A stretch of 64,000 bases of DNA from Malacoraja senta (GCA_038087875.1 CM075993.1:7070001-7134000); one strand, 5' to 3'. Shown: positions 1 through 12,552, counted from the stretch's first letter. The notes: generated by a model not told the origin, from the sequence alone. A program made the numbers and translations.

Positions 1-865
1 CCCTGAAACGTCCTCTATTCCTTCTCTCCAGAGATGCTGCCTGACCTGCTGAGTTACTCCAGCATTTTATGTCTAATCCTTATCGGATTGACTTGGTTCT
101 TGAATAAAGGGCTTTAGGAAGCAGTTGTCCTTCAGGGTTGCGTGTCAGCATGAAATGTAAGTTGAAAAGGTTGCCACCCGGTATCATGGTGTATCTTGAC
201 ATAAGGCGACCAAATACCTGTCACCGATTTCTTCAGGGATGTCAAATTATTGGGGAATTGTTGGATAGGCAGCCACAGACTCAACATGGTTTGTGCTTTC
301 AAAGAGAAATGGAAACAATCAGAGTGCCTTTCTTTCCTTTGACATGCCATAGGGCGTAAACGCAAGCTAAGAATGTTCTTATTATTCATCCACCATTACA
401 AACCAAAGGTGATTGCAATTTTTTAATTAGAAGAGGTGCCATTTTATTCTCCAGTGAAGAGAAATGTGGCAGCTCCCAGTTGTCGGCTATTATTTTAGAT
501 TTTTGAATGCTAGCTGCAATTTTTTTTGTCCTGTGAAGCATGACTCATTAAATAGATTCACTGTAACACCCAACATATTTCTGCAGAAAAATGAGACTGG
601 ATTTGTACTAAATGCATGTTCACTGTTTACTTAAACAGTGAAGCATTTGACAATCAATTAACTGCTGTGTGCGAGACCTACCTGGGAACATCTCCGTTTT
701 TCTTTCCTTTTCTGTAGATGTACTCTGAAAGCATATCACTCATTCATGTCCCTGCAAGTGTGATGATAAGGATCCTTTCTTTGGCATGTGGAGTGATCTA
801 GAATAGTTGCACTGAATTTCACAATCAGGAGTGTAAAACGTTCAATCAAACTTCCAAAGTATTTG

Positions 866-2507
866 ACAGTCATAGAATCATACAGCACAGAAACAGGCCC
901 ACCAGCCCAATGTGCTCAGAATCTAAACCTTTCCTGATCAATGTACCCATCGCAAATGTCCTCATTCTTCAGGGAACAGGGGTTCCCCTCCCCCATTATA
1001 GATGAGGATCGCACCAGGGTCTCCTCCATACCCCGCAACACTGGCAGAGTCTCTCTCCCCATCCCCCCCACTCGCAACAAGGGCAGAGTCCCCTTGGTCC
1101 TCACCTTTCACCTTTCACCCCACTAGCCGGCACATACAACAGATAGTCCTCCGTCAGTTTCGCCACCTCCAACGTGACCCCACCACGCGCCACATCTTCC
1201 CATCTTCCCCCCCCCCTGCCTTCCGCAAAGACCGCTCCCTCCGTAACTCCCTTGTCAATTCTTCCCTTCCCTCCCGCTCCACCCCTTCCCCGGGCACTTT
1301 CCCTTGCAACCGCAAGAGATGCTACACGTGTCGCTTTACTCCCCCCCCTCGACTCCATTCAAGGACCCAAGCAGTCGTTCCAGGTGCGACAGAGGTTCAC
1401 CTGCACCTCCTCCAACCTCATCTATTGCATCCGCTGCTCTAGATGTCAGCTGATCTATATCGTTTCGCCGAACATCTCCGCTCGGTCCGCACTAACCAAC
1501 CTGACCTCCCGGTGGCTCAGCACTTCAACTCCCCCTCCCATTCCATATCCGACCTCTCTGTCATGGGCCTCCTCCACGGCCAGAGTGAGCAACACCGGAA
1601 ATTGGAGGAACAGCACCTCATATTCCGCTTGGGGAGTCTGCATCCTGGTGGCATTAACATTGAATTCTCACAATTCCATTAACCCTTGCTGTCTCCTCCC
1701 CTTCCTACCTCTCCCTCAGCCCTCGGGCTCCTCCTCCTTTTTCCTTTCTTCTCCCCGCCTCCCCCCACCCCCTATCAGTCTGAAGAAGGGTTTTGGCCCG
1801 AAACGTTACCTATCTCCTTCGCTCCATAGATGCTGCTGCACCCACTGAGTTTCTCCAGCATTTTTGTGTACCCATCTAAATGTCTTTTAAATGTTATTCA
1901 TAATACCGACCTCAACTACCTCCTCTGGCAGCTCGTTCCATGTACCCACAATCCTCTGTGGAAAAAGGTTGCCTTTCGGGTTCCTATTAAATCTTTCTGC
2001 TCTCACCGTAAAACTATGTCCTCTGGTTCTTTATTTCCCTAATCTAAGTAAAGGACTCCGTGCATCTACTCTATCTATTTCCCTCATTATCTTTTACACC
2101 TCTGTAAGATCACCCCTTATCCTGCTGCATTCCAAAGAATAAAGTCCAAGCCTGCCCAACCTCTCCCTGTAGCTCACGCTCTCCAATCCTGACAACATCC
2201 TCGTAAATCATCTCTGCACTCTTTCCAGCTTAACAACATTTTTCCTATGAAAGGCACAAAATGCTGGAGGAACTCAATGGGTCAGGCAGCATCCCCGGAA
2301 CATCCCCAGATGTTCTGACCCAAAACATGTTCTCTGTTCCATGTTCTCCAAAGATGCTGCCTGACCCACTGAGTTACTGCTCCCTTCTGTATCTTTCTTT
2401 GGTATAAACTAGCATCTGCAGTTCCTTGTTATCACAGCTTTCCTAAATCAGGGTGACCAAAACAGAACACGTTACTCCAAATGTGGCCTCACAAACATCT
2501 TGTACAA
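866..2507 (-). mobile_element. CR1 (HER1-type) LINE 3' fragment, interrupted by a Penelope copy (952-1866) and a Penelope terminal-repeat insert (~2250-2432)
   Basis: CR1 3' tail near 866-915; reverse-strand CR1 ORF2 C-terminal-like DNA 1877-2507 similar to other CR1 copies here (e.g. 4358-4822). Confidence 0.75.
952..1866 (+). mobile_element. Penelope-like retroelement, 5'-truncated (GIY-YIG endonuclease remnant plus terminal repeat)
   Basis: Frameshifted translations NLIYCIRCSRCQLIYI and VAQHFNSPSHS...RKLEEQHLIFRLGSLHPGGINIEF; 10-bp flanking duplication TGTACCCATC at 942-951 and 1867-1876. Confidence 0.9.
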
Positions 2508-2926
2508 AGAACACATTGGGATTGTTGACTATTTTACCTGTCTAAGTTCATTCAGTTTGGTCTTCAGTAGATTCAATCAAAGCATTGAAGTATTAAAGAA
2601 TATCCGGGCCACTGGTTTTCTGCACTGAAAACTTGTGCACCGAGTGATTATGCAAATAATATTTCTTTGAGGTGCAACAACAAGAAAAATCTGTAATCTG
2701 TCTGAACAGCTGCAGCACCGTCGCATTAATAGAAGGATATCATTTCACAAATACAAGCCTGAGAATTTGTCAAGAATATGTTTATAGAATATGATGTTCA
2801 TAAGTTATAGGAGTAGAATTGGGCCATTCAGCCCCACGAGTCTCCTCCGCCATTCGATCATGGCTGATCTATCTTTCTCTTTCAACCTCATTCTCCTGCC
2901 TTCTCCCCATAACTCTTGACGCCCTT

Positions 2927-3262
2927 AGTTCAAGTTCAAGTTCACAGTTATTGTCACATGCACCAAATGATACAGTGAAATTTGAGTTACCATGCAGCCA
3001 TACGAATAAAAAGAACACAATACACAATGGAATTTAACATAAACATCCACCACAGTGGAATCAACATTTCTCACTGATGGAAGGCAATGAAGTTCAGTCA
3101 CTCTTCCTCCTTTTGCTCACCCGTGGTAGTCGGGGCCGAGAACCCTCCGCAGTAGCCTCTACGGACGGCCCGATGTACAGGCCCTCTCGCCGGGATAATC
3201 GGAACTCCGACGTCGGGACGGATCGGAACACACTCTGCAGCTTGGAGTTCCTGAATCGGCCT
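2927..3262 (-). mobile_element. Non-autonomous GC-rich retroelement with Rex/Babar-like 3' tail, same family as 55514-55830
   Basis: (AGTTCA)n tail and near-collinear similarity to 55514-55830; no credible ORF. Confidence 0.6.
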
Positions 3263-3674
3263 GCGCTCCAAGGAATAACGACCCTTACTAATCAAGAATG
3301 ATAGAAAGCTATTTAATCCGCAAATCATAAGTTTAAAATCCTCATTCTCTCTTTGTGAAGTTATTGGCAGACCAATCGTTAGCACACCGTTGTCTGTCAG
3401 CACATAACTCGTCAGCAGTTTGTACAGTTATATTCAACACCAATATAATCTTGGCTGGTTTCACTTGCACTAGCCAATCAACTACAAAAAATGATGGAGA
3501 GAGTAAGAATCTATTAACCGTTCATTTTTTACCTTTCATGTTTCCTAATCTCCCAAGTGTATATATCGATATGTTTACATTGTGTTCCCATTCATACCAT
3601 GCCTCACCTCATTCATTTATCATTCTGTTTATATATGACATCAAATAAACATTAGAGGACACACAGTATTTACT

Positions 3675-3850
3675 TCTTCTTCTTATCGAGTCCTCACACA
3701 AGATTAGAAGTTGTTCTGCCAGAGCTGAACACACTTCTCTGCATCTGCATACAATGGTGTCTGTCTTGTCGCTTCTTGTGCTTCTTGTGCGTGGTGGTGG
3801 AAAGATTGGTGGAAACAGGGCCGCGGCGTGAACGCTCTTTCCTTGACCCC
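3675..3850 (-). mobile_element. Short non-autonomous retroelement (probably Vingi/Ingi-derived) with a 5' HDV-like ribozyme and (GAA)n tail
   Basis: TSD ACAGTATTTACT at 3663-3674 and 3851-3862; minus-strand tail ...GATAAGAAGAAG; ribozyme fold at the 5' end. Confidence 0.8.
3799..3850 (-). ncRNA. HDV/CPEB3-like self-cleaving ribozyme (predicted)
   Basis: Minus strand reads GGGGTC-AA-GGAAAGA-GCG-TTCACGC-CGC-GGCCCT-GTTTCCA-CCAA-TCTTTCC: P1 with G1-U wobble, 7-bp P2, 3-bp P3, L3 TTCACGC, J4/2 C-C-A-A. Confidence 0.8.
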
Positions 3851-3908
3851 ACAGTATTTACTGAGTAAATTAATCAAATTCCTGACTCCAACAGAGCATT
3901 TCACTTGA

Positions 3909-4120
3909 GTAGACACAAAATGCTGGAGTAACTCAGCAGGTGAGGCAGCATCTATGGAGAGAAGGAATAGATGAGGTTTTGGGTCGAGACCCTTCTGTCT
4001 GAAGAAGGGTCTCGACCCAAAACGTTGCCAATTCTTTCTCCCCATAGATGCTGCCTCACCCGCTGAGTTACTCCAGCATTTTGTGTCTACCTTTGATTTA
4101 ACCAGCATCTGCAGTTCTTA
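3909..4120. mobile_element. Penelope terminal-repeat insertion in inverted (head-to-head) arrangement
   Basis: 19-bp flanking duplication AACAGAGCATTTCACTTGA at 3890-3908 and 4121-4139; the two halves are reverse complements and match the 3' end of 952-1866. Confidence 0.8.
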
Positions 4121-4357
4121 AACAGAGCATTTCACTTGACCTTTCTCCTCCGAATTACGTGTGGAAGAATGACTCAACATGCAGCATGCATTGATGTTGG
4201 CTAACACATCATGCAGCACGAGTGTCTGGGTGTTAGGTGAAGGCTGAGCCTGACTCCTTGTGATTTTAATTTCTTCAAGCACCCACTTGAGCATCGAGAG
4301 CTGCTGGAGCAATTGGGAGCTGTGTGGAAAGTTGGTGTGGGAAATGGGAAGGATACT

Positions 4358-4822
4358 TAATAGAGTCATACAGTGTGGAAAGACTTCGGCCTAACTTGCC
4401 CACGCCGGCCAACATGCCCCATCTACACTCGTCCCACCTGCCTGCTTTTGACCCATATCCCTCTAAACCTGTCCTATCGATGTACATGTCCAACTGTTTC
4501 TTAAACGTTGCAATAGTACCTGCCTCAACTACCTCTTCCAGCACCTCGTTCCTAACACCTACCACCCTTTGTGTAAAAAGAAAGTTATCCCTCAGGTTCC
4601 TAATAAATCCATGTCCTCTGGTTCTGAATTCCCCTATTCTGGGCAAAATACACTGTGGATTTACCCAATCTATTCCTCTCATGATTTTGTACACCTCTAC
4701 ATAATCGCCCCTGATCCTCCTGCGCTCCAAGGAATAAAGACCTAGCCTGCTCAATCTCTCCCTATAGCTTAGGCCCTTGAGTCCTGACAACATCCTTATA
4801 AATCTCTGTACCCTTTCCTGCT
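4358..4822 (-). mobile_element. CR1 LINE 3' fragment
   Basis: ORF 4275..4793 reads GLSYRERLSRLGLYSLERRRIRGD...FTQRVVGV, typical CR1 ORF2 C-terminus. Confidence 0.88.
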
Positions 4823-6780
4823 TGAAATATGAAGCTGTTTAATTTTGTACCAGATGTTTGCATGGTCAAAATGATCATTCACATGGGGGAAAAGAAACTT
4901 ATTACCAAATGATTTCATGGAAATTCTAACAAGGAACTGCAGGTGCTAGTTTATACCATAGAAAGACCTGTATCTTTTGATGGAAATTCTATCCTGTCCA
5001 ATTGTCAAAAGAGTACACCTTGAATCGATTTGAATCCCTAACTCAAATGATATAGGTGCAGAAATACTAAGTCAATTAAAAAAAAAAAAAAAGGTCTTGG
5101 GCTTCATCCCACCCCCACCTTTTTTCCAACTTTCTCCTCTCTACTGCAATCAATCTGAAGCAGGATCCCAATCTGAAGTGTTGCTTATCCATGTCCTCCA
5201 CAGATGCCCGCTGAGTTGCTCCAGCACATTGTGTTCCATGCAGGATGCTGGCATCTGCAAATAACTGATTTGTTTTTGATAAAAGCAATAATTTGAATTA
5301 ACTCCAACAAAACATTATTGTAATTGATAACATTCTTATTAAACTTACTTACCCCTGCCCCTATCCTTTGGAGGTAGCTGAGATTTGATTCCCCCCTCAC
5401 CCTACTCCCTCCATCCCCTTCTTTATTTTCACATATAAATGGTTGGCAATCACCCATTTAGCACAAAGAGAATGGGATGTGATAAGGTATCCATCTTCTG
5501 AATCTAGATCCTCTTCATTGCAAATTCTTCAGGGAAAGGAAACAGCACCTCAATATTATCCAAGAGGTTCCTCTCAGAACCATGTACTCCTTGCTGAGGT
5601 AACCTCTCATTTGTCTAAACTCCAGCAAGCAGAAGCCATAATCTTATGGGAAAATTCACTCATCCCAAGAAAATGTCTAACTTAAACCACCTTCGGGCAA
5701 GTATATCCTGCTGATAGGTGTATTGTTCTAGTTCAGACACTATATTGCCAACTTACAAAATTTGGAAGCAGAAAACCAGATTGGATTACTTTTATATGCA
5801 TCCCACAGCCTGGAAATGAGTTCCAGAAGAAGTAGTGTTTAGCATTTATTTTACTTAACAACTGCAGTTGCATCTTTGCCCTAATGGACTGAGGATAAAA
5901 CTATCTAAGTATGCACTTGGAGTTCTGTTTTAAAGAAATATGATAGTAAATGAAAGTTAACAAATCTCGCCTTGCAAAGCAGATCAAGTTCTCGCTGGTT
6001 GGGTGGTATCTATCCACAGAAGAAACGCCTTTCTGAAAAACCCTTGAAATACTTCCAAAAATGCAGACTGAATTAATGGAAAAAGTGGCTTTTTTTGTGT
6101 GGGTGTTCTCTTAAAAATGGATGCTCACCCACTTCCTGAGAAATTTTGTTTTCAACATTGTTTCCATTCAACTATTTACTGTGTGATGCCTGTAAATGTC
6201 AGTTTGGCTGCCTAATAGGTCACGTATACCTGGAATTTAATCGTCAATCAAGTTTTCTATACAAACCTGTAACTGCAATCTAAATAAAAAATAACTGAGC
6301 TCTAACCCAACTGTTTACTGGACTTTAGACAGTGTGGGGGGAAAGCACTGTCCTGCTAAGCAGTAAAATATTAGAAGGTATTTATATTTTTACTAGGAGT
6401 CCTGAGTGATTTGATATCACTTTTGTATCTACAACCTCCATTTAAAAATAAAATAAAAAATTGCTCGATTAACTGATCAGGCACATTTGCATCTTACAAT
6501 TTGTCTTGATTGTGGAAAGCTAAAACCTGGTTTTAATTACTACCCGCGGTTTAAAGGCAATATTGACGTTAGCTTTGATTAGTAGCCTGCTGGTCTTCAC
6601 TATCTTGGCTTGGTTAAAAATAGATCATCTGAGTGAATGATACTACAGTCTGCATTATAACTCTCAGGAGCCACTCTCTTGGAGAAAATAATTTTGTACG
6701 GGTAATATATTTAAGCAGAAATTAATGTTATCTTTTGTTAAAATGTTTTTAAAAATGCTGATAAAAAAATTATATAAATT

Positions 6781-6960
6781 CAGTAAGGAGGACCCGGCAT
6801 GGGGGAACCGCAGTAAAGGGGGGGGGGGAAGGACCTGGTGTGGGATACTTTATCTTTGTGGCGCCCTTTAGGTGGCGACTCTTTGCCTACCTTGGATTTG
6901 CAAAACAAAGAATGTCACTGTGACTTGTCACTTGTGACAAAGTATCATTTAATCATTCAA
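6781..6960 (+). mobile_element. 3' end of a non-autonomous element with Rex/Babar-like tail
   Basis: Ends ...GAATGTCACTGTGACTTGTCACTTGTGACAAAG followed by ATTCA-like repeats, resembling other tails in the window. Confidence 0.45.
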
Positions 6961-7139
6961 CTTTACATACTGAATAAAATCCATTTTTTAATTGTAATTG
7001 GTTTAAAGTGCATTAATTCATTTAGATTTTTTTCTCAGCCACGGCCATTGCTAGTTAACCAAATCTCACAGATCTCTTAAAGATTGTGCTAGTTGAGAAT
7101 CAATTGTGCCTTGTTAAAAAATAAACCGCATTGTGACCT

Positions 7140-7252
7140 TCAGTCTCCAGGGAGAACGTACAAACTCCGTACAGACAGCACCCGTAGTCAGGATCGAACC
7201 CAAATTTCTGGCGTTGTAAGGCAGCAATTCTACCACTACACCACCATGCCTC
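7140..7252 (-). mobile_element. HE1/V-SINE 5' fragment
   Basis: Reverse complement of the tRNA-derived head of the full copy at 53149-53463. Confidence 0.75.
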
Positions 7253-7472
7253 TCAATTGGCCCGAGATTCTCCAGCCGCATGATATAATAACTTGGAAGA
7301 TATATTCACATATGTATGACATCTGTACTGGAGATGTATGCTATTTGTAGGACTTTTTAAAGGTAGCAATTTAAAAGTATAAAATGAAAAGAACTCTGGT
7401 TTTTATTTCTCCATCATTCCTTACAGCTCTTAAATGACCACCATGCAATGTAACTATTTACAGTATTCATTA

Positions 7473-7942
7473 AGGGGCTGTCCCACTTGGGCGACCTAAT
7501 TGGCGAGTTTAGGAGAGTTTGAAAAAATGTCAGGTTGAAGACCTCCTTCGACTAGCTACTTTGTGAAAATTGGACACCGAATAGTGGAGAGTGAAGACGA
7601 CCTCCTTCGACCTCCCTTTGACTATGATGAAGACTATCTACGACTACCCTCGTTTACCTACGACTAACATGCCGACCTACTACAACCTACTACGACTAAA
7701 CCTACGAGTGAAAAAGTATCGATTTTTTCCATGGCGACCTTTTTTTACTCGTGGGCATTTTTCAACATGTTGAAAAATACGCCGCAACCTAGCTGAGGCC
7801 TCGAGTACGCGGGGACTACTCTAGAGCATGAAGGAGAGTTACAAAGACCTCCTACAACCTCGTGTCGACCGTGCTGCGAGTATGAGTCGAGAGCAAACTC
7901 GCCAGAACTCGCGGATTAGGTCGCCCAAGTGGGACAGCCCCT
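7473..7942. mobile_element. Non-autonomous DNA transposon (MITE, PIF/Harbinger-like)
   Basis: TIRs AGGGGCTGTCCCACTTGGGCGACCTAAT / ATTAGGTCGCCCAAGTGGGACAGCCCCT; TTAA context on both sides; internal ACGAC-type short repeats. Confidence 0.8.
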
Positions 7943-8133
7943 TAACTGTAAAGAATTTCTGGTAAAAATAAATCATGTGTTCTATCAAGTTTATAGGACT
8001 GGAATCATAAATGAGCACGCAGCTGAATTGTCCACACTATGGGTAAAACATGTGTAAGTAATTGCTGGTTTTGTGCAGGGACGGAGCAGGTAGCAATCAT
8101 TTTTGTGCCTTAAGTTGATTTGTGTCTGTTTTA

Positions 8134-8337
8134 AGGGCCTGTCCCACTTTCACAACCTAATTCACGACCTCTGCCGAGTTTGCCCTTGACTCATACTCGC
8201 AGCATGGTCGTAGGAGGTCATAGGTAGGTTGTGATGCTAGTCGTAGGTACTCGTGGCATCAAGTAGGTCGGGGCGTTTTTCTAGCCTGATGAAAAATGGC
8301 CACGAGTAAAAAAGGTCGTGAAAGTGGGACGGGCCCT
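8134..8337. mobile_element. MITE (PIF/Harbinger-like), related to 7473-7942
   Basis: TIRs AGGGCCTGTCCCACTTTCAC / GTGAAAGTGGGACGGGCCCT; TTA on both flanks. Confidence 0.75.
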
Positions 8338-8777
8338 TTAATCTGTTCAACAATTGATATCTTTGGATGTAGTGAAAGGGAGTTATTGAAATGGGAAATA
8401 ATGAGATGATACCAAAAAACCTGTGTTTTCTCAAGGATTACAGGCATCCAGGAATGCAGCTCTCTGTCTTTGGATGATGGTTAGGGGTATCTGTAAATTT
8501 GTGAGTGTAAATACTGTAGCAAATTCATGGAGGTCCAGTCATCTTTGTCTTGTTTTTTCAATTCAAAATATCAGTGAGAATTCCTCCTTGGATCTACATG
8601 AGCTTTAACAGTGTACGATTTAGTGTCAAGAAGGTGAGGAATTGCCAGAGACAATTCTCCAAGATCCACGGGTGTAAATTTGGATTAGTAATCAATGGTG
8701 GTTGTAGTTGATAGATATGCACACTTGAAATGTTTGAAAAATGTTACATGGAGTATGATTTGCAATAATAAATGGGT

Positions 8778-9112
8778 GAGAGGTATACAAAATCATCAGA
8801 GGAATAGATCGGGTAAACACACAGTCTTTTGCCTAGAGTAGGGGAATAGAGAACCAGAGTTTAAGGTGTGGGGGGGAAAGATTTAATGGGAACCTGAGGG
8901 GTGACTTTTTGTACACAAAGGGTGGTGGGTGTATGGAACGAGCTTCCGGAGGAGGTAGTTGAGGCAGGTACTATCGCTAAGTTTAAGAAACATTTAGACA
9001 GCTACATGGATAGGGTAGGATTAGAGTGATATGGGCCAAAAGCAGGCAGGTGCGACATGTTGGTCAGTGTGGGCAAGTTGGACCGAAGAGCCTGTTTCCG
9101 CCCTGTATAAAT
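8778..9112 (+). mobile_element. CR1 LINE 3' fragment
   Basis: Reverse-complement similarity to 4358-4700 including the ...GCCTGTTTCC tail. Confidence 0.8.
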
Positions 9113-9733
9113 ATGACTTTATGAGAGGCACTCTATAACATAACTACGCTTCAGTTATATTGAGCATTGTTGTGACCACAATAGCGTATTATGCACGGTA
9201 ATCAGGGCCGGTCCTAGGCCGATTGGACCGATTTTTCCAAATTGGGCCCCGCGCCCAAGGGGGCCCCGCGTTAATTTTCCGTATTTCATATGGAAATACA
9301 AATTCGCTATGTTAAATAAAGATTTTTAAAAAACATACGTATTTTTACAAAACGAAAATGGATAACAATCGATGTGTTAACTGCTACTGTAACACTTGCA
9401 AACTGCCAGTAGTTAGCAAGTAGTTATACAATGCATCGATCCACATTCCTCAGTAAATGCGTTAAATTGTGTCACTCGCTGCCGCCGGAGCAGACCCGGG
9501 GGGGGGGGGGAGTCTACAGGGCAGCAAGCCCCAGCACCGCAGCGAACTCATTCGTGAGTATTCAACGCTAAACGCCGGGAGCGGGCAGACGGGCCATGTG
9601 TGAGTGGGGGGGGGGGGGGTTGTGTTAACTCGTTCGGGGCCGTACAACAGCAGACCTGGTTGGAGGTTTGAGTCTGTGTTAACATTGGTGTCGGGGTTAA
9701 TGTCCGGGCCGGGGTACGGGTGGGATTTAACCC

Positions 9734-9875
9734 TGTGTGTGTGTGTGTGTATGTGTCTGTCTGTCTGTCTGTGTTTCTGTGTGTGTGTGTGTCTCTGTGG
9801 CTGTGTGTGTCTGTGTTTCTGTGGCTGTGTGTGTGTCTCTATCTGCGTGTGTGTCTGGGTGTGTCTCTGTGTGTG
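9734..9875. repeat. Imperfect (TG)n/(TGTC)n microsatellite
   Basis: Directly visible. Confidence 0.95.
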
Positions 9876-10061
9876 GGGGGGGGGACAGTGGAGAGACAGA
9901 GAGAGGGGATTTTCAGTTTGCAAACCACTCGTTTTCAGTTAAGAGTTGGATACGATTACTGTCAGTACGAGCAGCTCACGGAGCAGAGTCACGGCTCGGC
10001 TCTCACACTGCTCGGCTCTCACACACACACTCGTGGGGTGAACTTCAGATATAAACGTGGC

Positions 10062-10219
10062 TGGGGGAAGAGGAGTGGGGGGAGAGGGAGAGGGAGAGAG
10101 AGAGAGAGAGAATTGAGAGAAGAGAGAGGAAGGGGGGAAAGAGAGAGAGAGGTGGGGGGAGAGAAGGGGAGAGAGAGAGAGAGAATTGGAGAGAGAGAGA
10201 GAATTGGAGAGAGAGAGAG
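10062..10219. repeat. Polypurine (GA)n/(GGA)n tract
   Basis: Directly visible. Confidence 0.95.
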
Positions 10220-10771
10220 TTCTCCCTTCTGCCTCACCACCCCTGTTGGCTGCCCTTTGTAAGGTGATTGGAGACCAAAGCCAGTTACCCTTTAGATCTC
10301 CCTCTCACTACCTCCCTCCCCCTCCCTCTGCCTCCTTCAGAGAGGGGGGGAGGATGAGGGAAGGAAGGGGGCAGAAGGGAGAGAGGAGTGTGCCTTGCTT
10401 GGTGGAGAAGAGGGATGTGGGAACGCTGTACGCAGGTGGTGACACTCTCACACTGGGATCCCCCTGTCATTGCGCAGTCTATCTGCCCCCCCCCCTCCCC
10501 CCTCCACTATGGAGTGAAGGAAATATGCAACGTTTCAGGTCGAAACCCTTCTTCAGACCCGGCCCGAAAAGTTGGCTAATTCGTTCGCTCCATAGATGCT
10601 GCCTCAAGCCCTGTCCCACTGTGCGAGTTCACCCAAGAGCTCTCCCGAGTTTAAAATCTCTGTGTAGCATCTCTGTCCCTATCTTCAAATTCCCACTTTG
10701 AAATGAAATACAATTTTCGACTTAAAAACTTCGCAGCAGGATCGCGATTAGTCGATTCCCATGCATTTTCA

Positions 10772-11415
10772 ATCAAGTCAAGTGAGTTTATTGTCATGTG
10801 TCTCTGATAGGACAATGAAATTCTTGCTTTGCTTCAGCACAACAGAACATAGTAGGCATTGACTACAAGGCATTCTATAAATATATACACACATGAATCA
10901 ATATACTGACAAAGTGCAAATAACAGTATTGGCTAATAAAGTTCAGTGTTATGTCCGAGCCAGGTTTAATAGCCTGATGGCTGTGGGGAAGTAGCTATTC
11001 CTGAACCTGGTCGTTGCAGTCTTCAGGCTCCTGTACCTTCTACCTGAAGGTAGTAGGGAGATGAGTGTGTGGCCAGGATGGTGTGGGTCCTTGATGATAC
11101 TGCCAGCCTTTTTGAGGAAGCGACTGTGATAGATCCCCTCGATGGAAGGGAGGTCGGAGCCGATGATGGACTGGGCAGTGTTTACTACTTTTTGTAGTCT
11201 TTTCCTCTCCAGGGCGCTCAAGTTGCCGAACCAAGCCACAATGCAACTCTACTGTGCATGCTCTCTACTGTGCACCTGTAGAAGTTAGAGATAGTCCTCC
11301 TTGACAAACCGACTCTCCGTAATGTTCTCAGGAAGTAGAGGCGCTGATGTGCTTTCTTAATAATGGCATCAGTGTTCTCGGACCAGGAAAGATCTTCAGA
11401 GATGTACACGCCCAA
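10772..11415 (-). mobile_element. Rex1/Babar-type LINE 3' fragment
   Basis: Translations GVYISEDLSW...KKAHQRLYFLRTLRR and SIIKDPHHPGH...LPSGRRYRSLKTATTRFRNSYFPTAIRLLN. Confidence 0.8.
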
Positions 11416-12552
11416 TCATCGTTCGATTCAGTGTAATTTTCACACCTGGTTGATATAGTTGTTTTTTTTAAAGATACAGTACATTACAATAAATAGTTTC
11501 AAGCATACCCGGTACTAAACGCACGATCATTAAGGTGGTTACTGATGTTACAAACGGTTATAATGAATATAATTTCAAAGTGAAATAGGAGATTTCCGTG
11601 GAAAGAATATTTAACCAGAATATGGTGAGGTCGCTGCAAAATGCTCACTTAAAACAATCAAACTTCTCCAAATGCAAACGCTTCAAGTTACGCTCTTGTG
11701 AGGTGGTAAAGGGGGGGGGGGGGGGGAATGCTAGGATAAAATACCATATATTTGCATTTATATAGCGATCCTGCTTCTGCGAAATTTTAAAGTCAAAAGT
11801 TGTATTTTATTTCAAAGTGGGAATTGGAAGATAGGGACAGAGATGCTACACAGAGATTTTGATAGGAAGGAAACATTACAGCAGCTGAGTAAAAGATCGG
11901 TCAAATGGTAGGTTCAATGAAGATCGGGCGAGGGGGAATTGGGGGTGGGGGAAAAGTATCTATAGCTTGGGACTTGCTTAAATGAGTACTGAGATGGATT
12001 ATCATTCCACACCAAATTTCTTAGACAATAATACCTTTTATGCCATTATCACAATAGTTTGTTGGATATGGATCAACAGACTCTGCATGGTACATGCTCG
12101 TAAATTAGGAAAACAAATGTTCATCTTTAAGTACTGTTGTTTCTGGGATGGGGGTGACTGATAACAAATAACCTACATTCTATATTTTGTCATAATGTGA
12201 TATTTATTGAGATAGAAAGATACAACTGAGTTTGGGCAAGATATTACCTTGCAACATTCTGTATGTCTGATAGATATTGTGAAATGGAACTCAGAAATTA
12301 TGGGAGGATTACATAAAACTACAATTCAAAAGTAATGAATATACAGAGTATTCTTATTTCCATCTTGAACATACAATAGTGATATAGGACAGCAGGTCCT
12401 ACTACGGTAAACTCACGAGCTACTACGGTATGACTATGTGTTAAAAAGTATCACATTTTTACATCCTGAGTATATTTTACATGTGGACATTTTTCAACAT
12501 GTTGAAAATCTTCACGAGTTACCACGTTTCCCGAGTACCTGTTGTTAGCGCT

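Noticed and set aside
7535..7740. CRISPR-like or minisatellite array
   Set aside because: Short degenerate ACGAC/CGACCT motifs inside a MITE; no constant repeat-spacer period and eukaryotic context
9230..9720. CpG-island promoter of ZNF592
   Set aside because: The CpG-rich stretch lies inside the TSD-bounded hAT element; I could not identify a host promoter in the window
9462..10701. Several 100-180 aa ORFs
   Set aside because: Translations of (TG)n and (GA)n microsatellites inside a non-autonomous transposon
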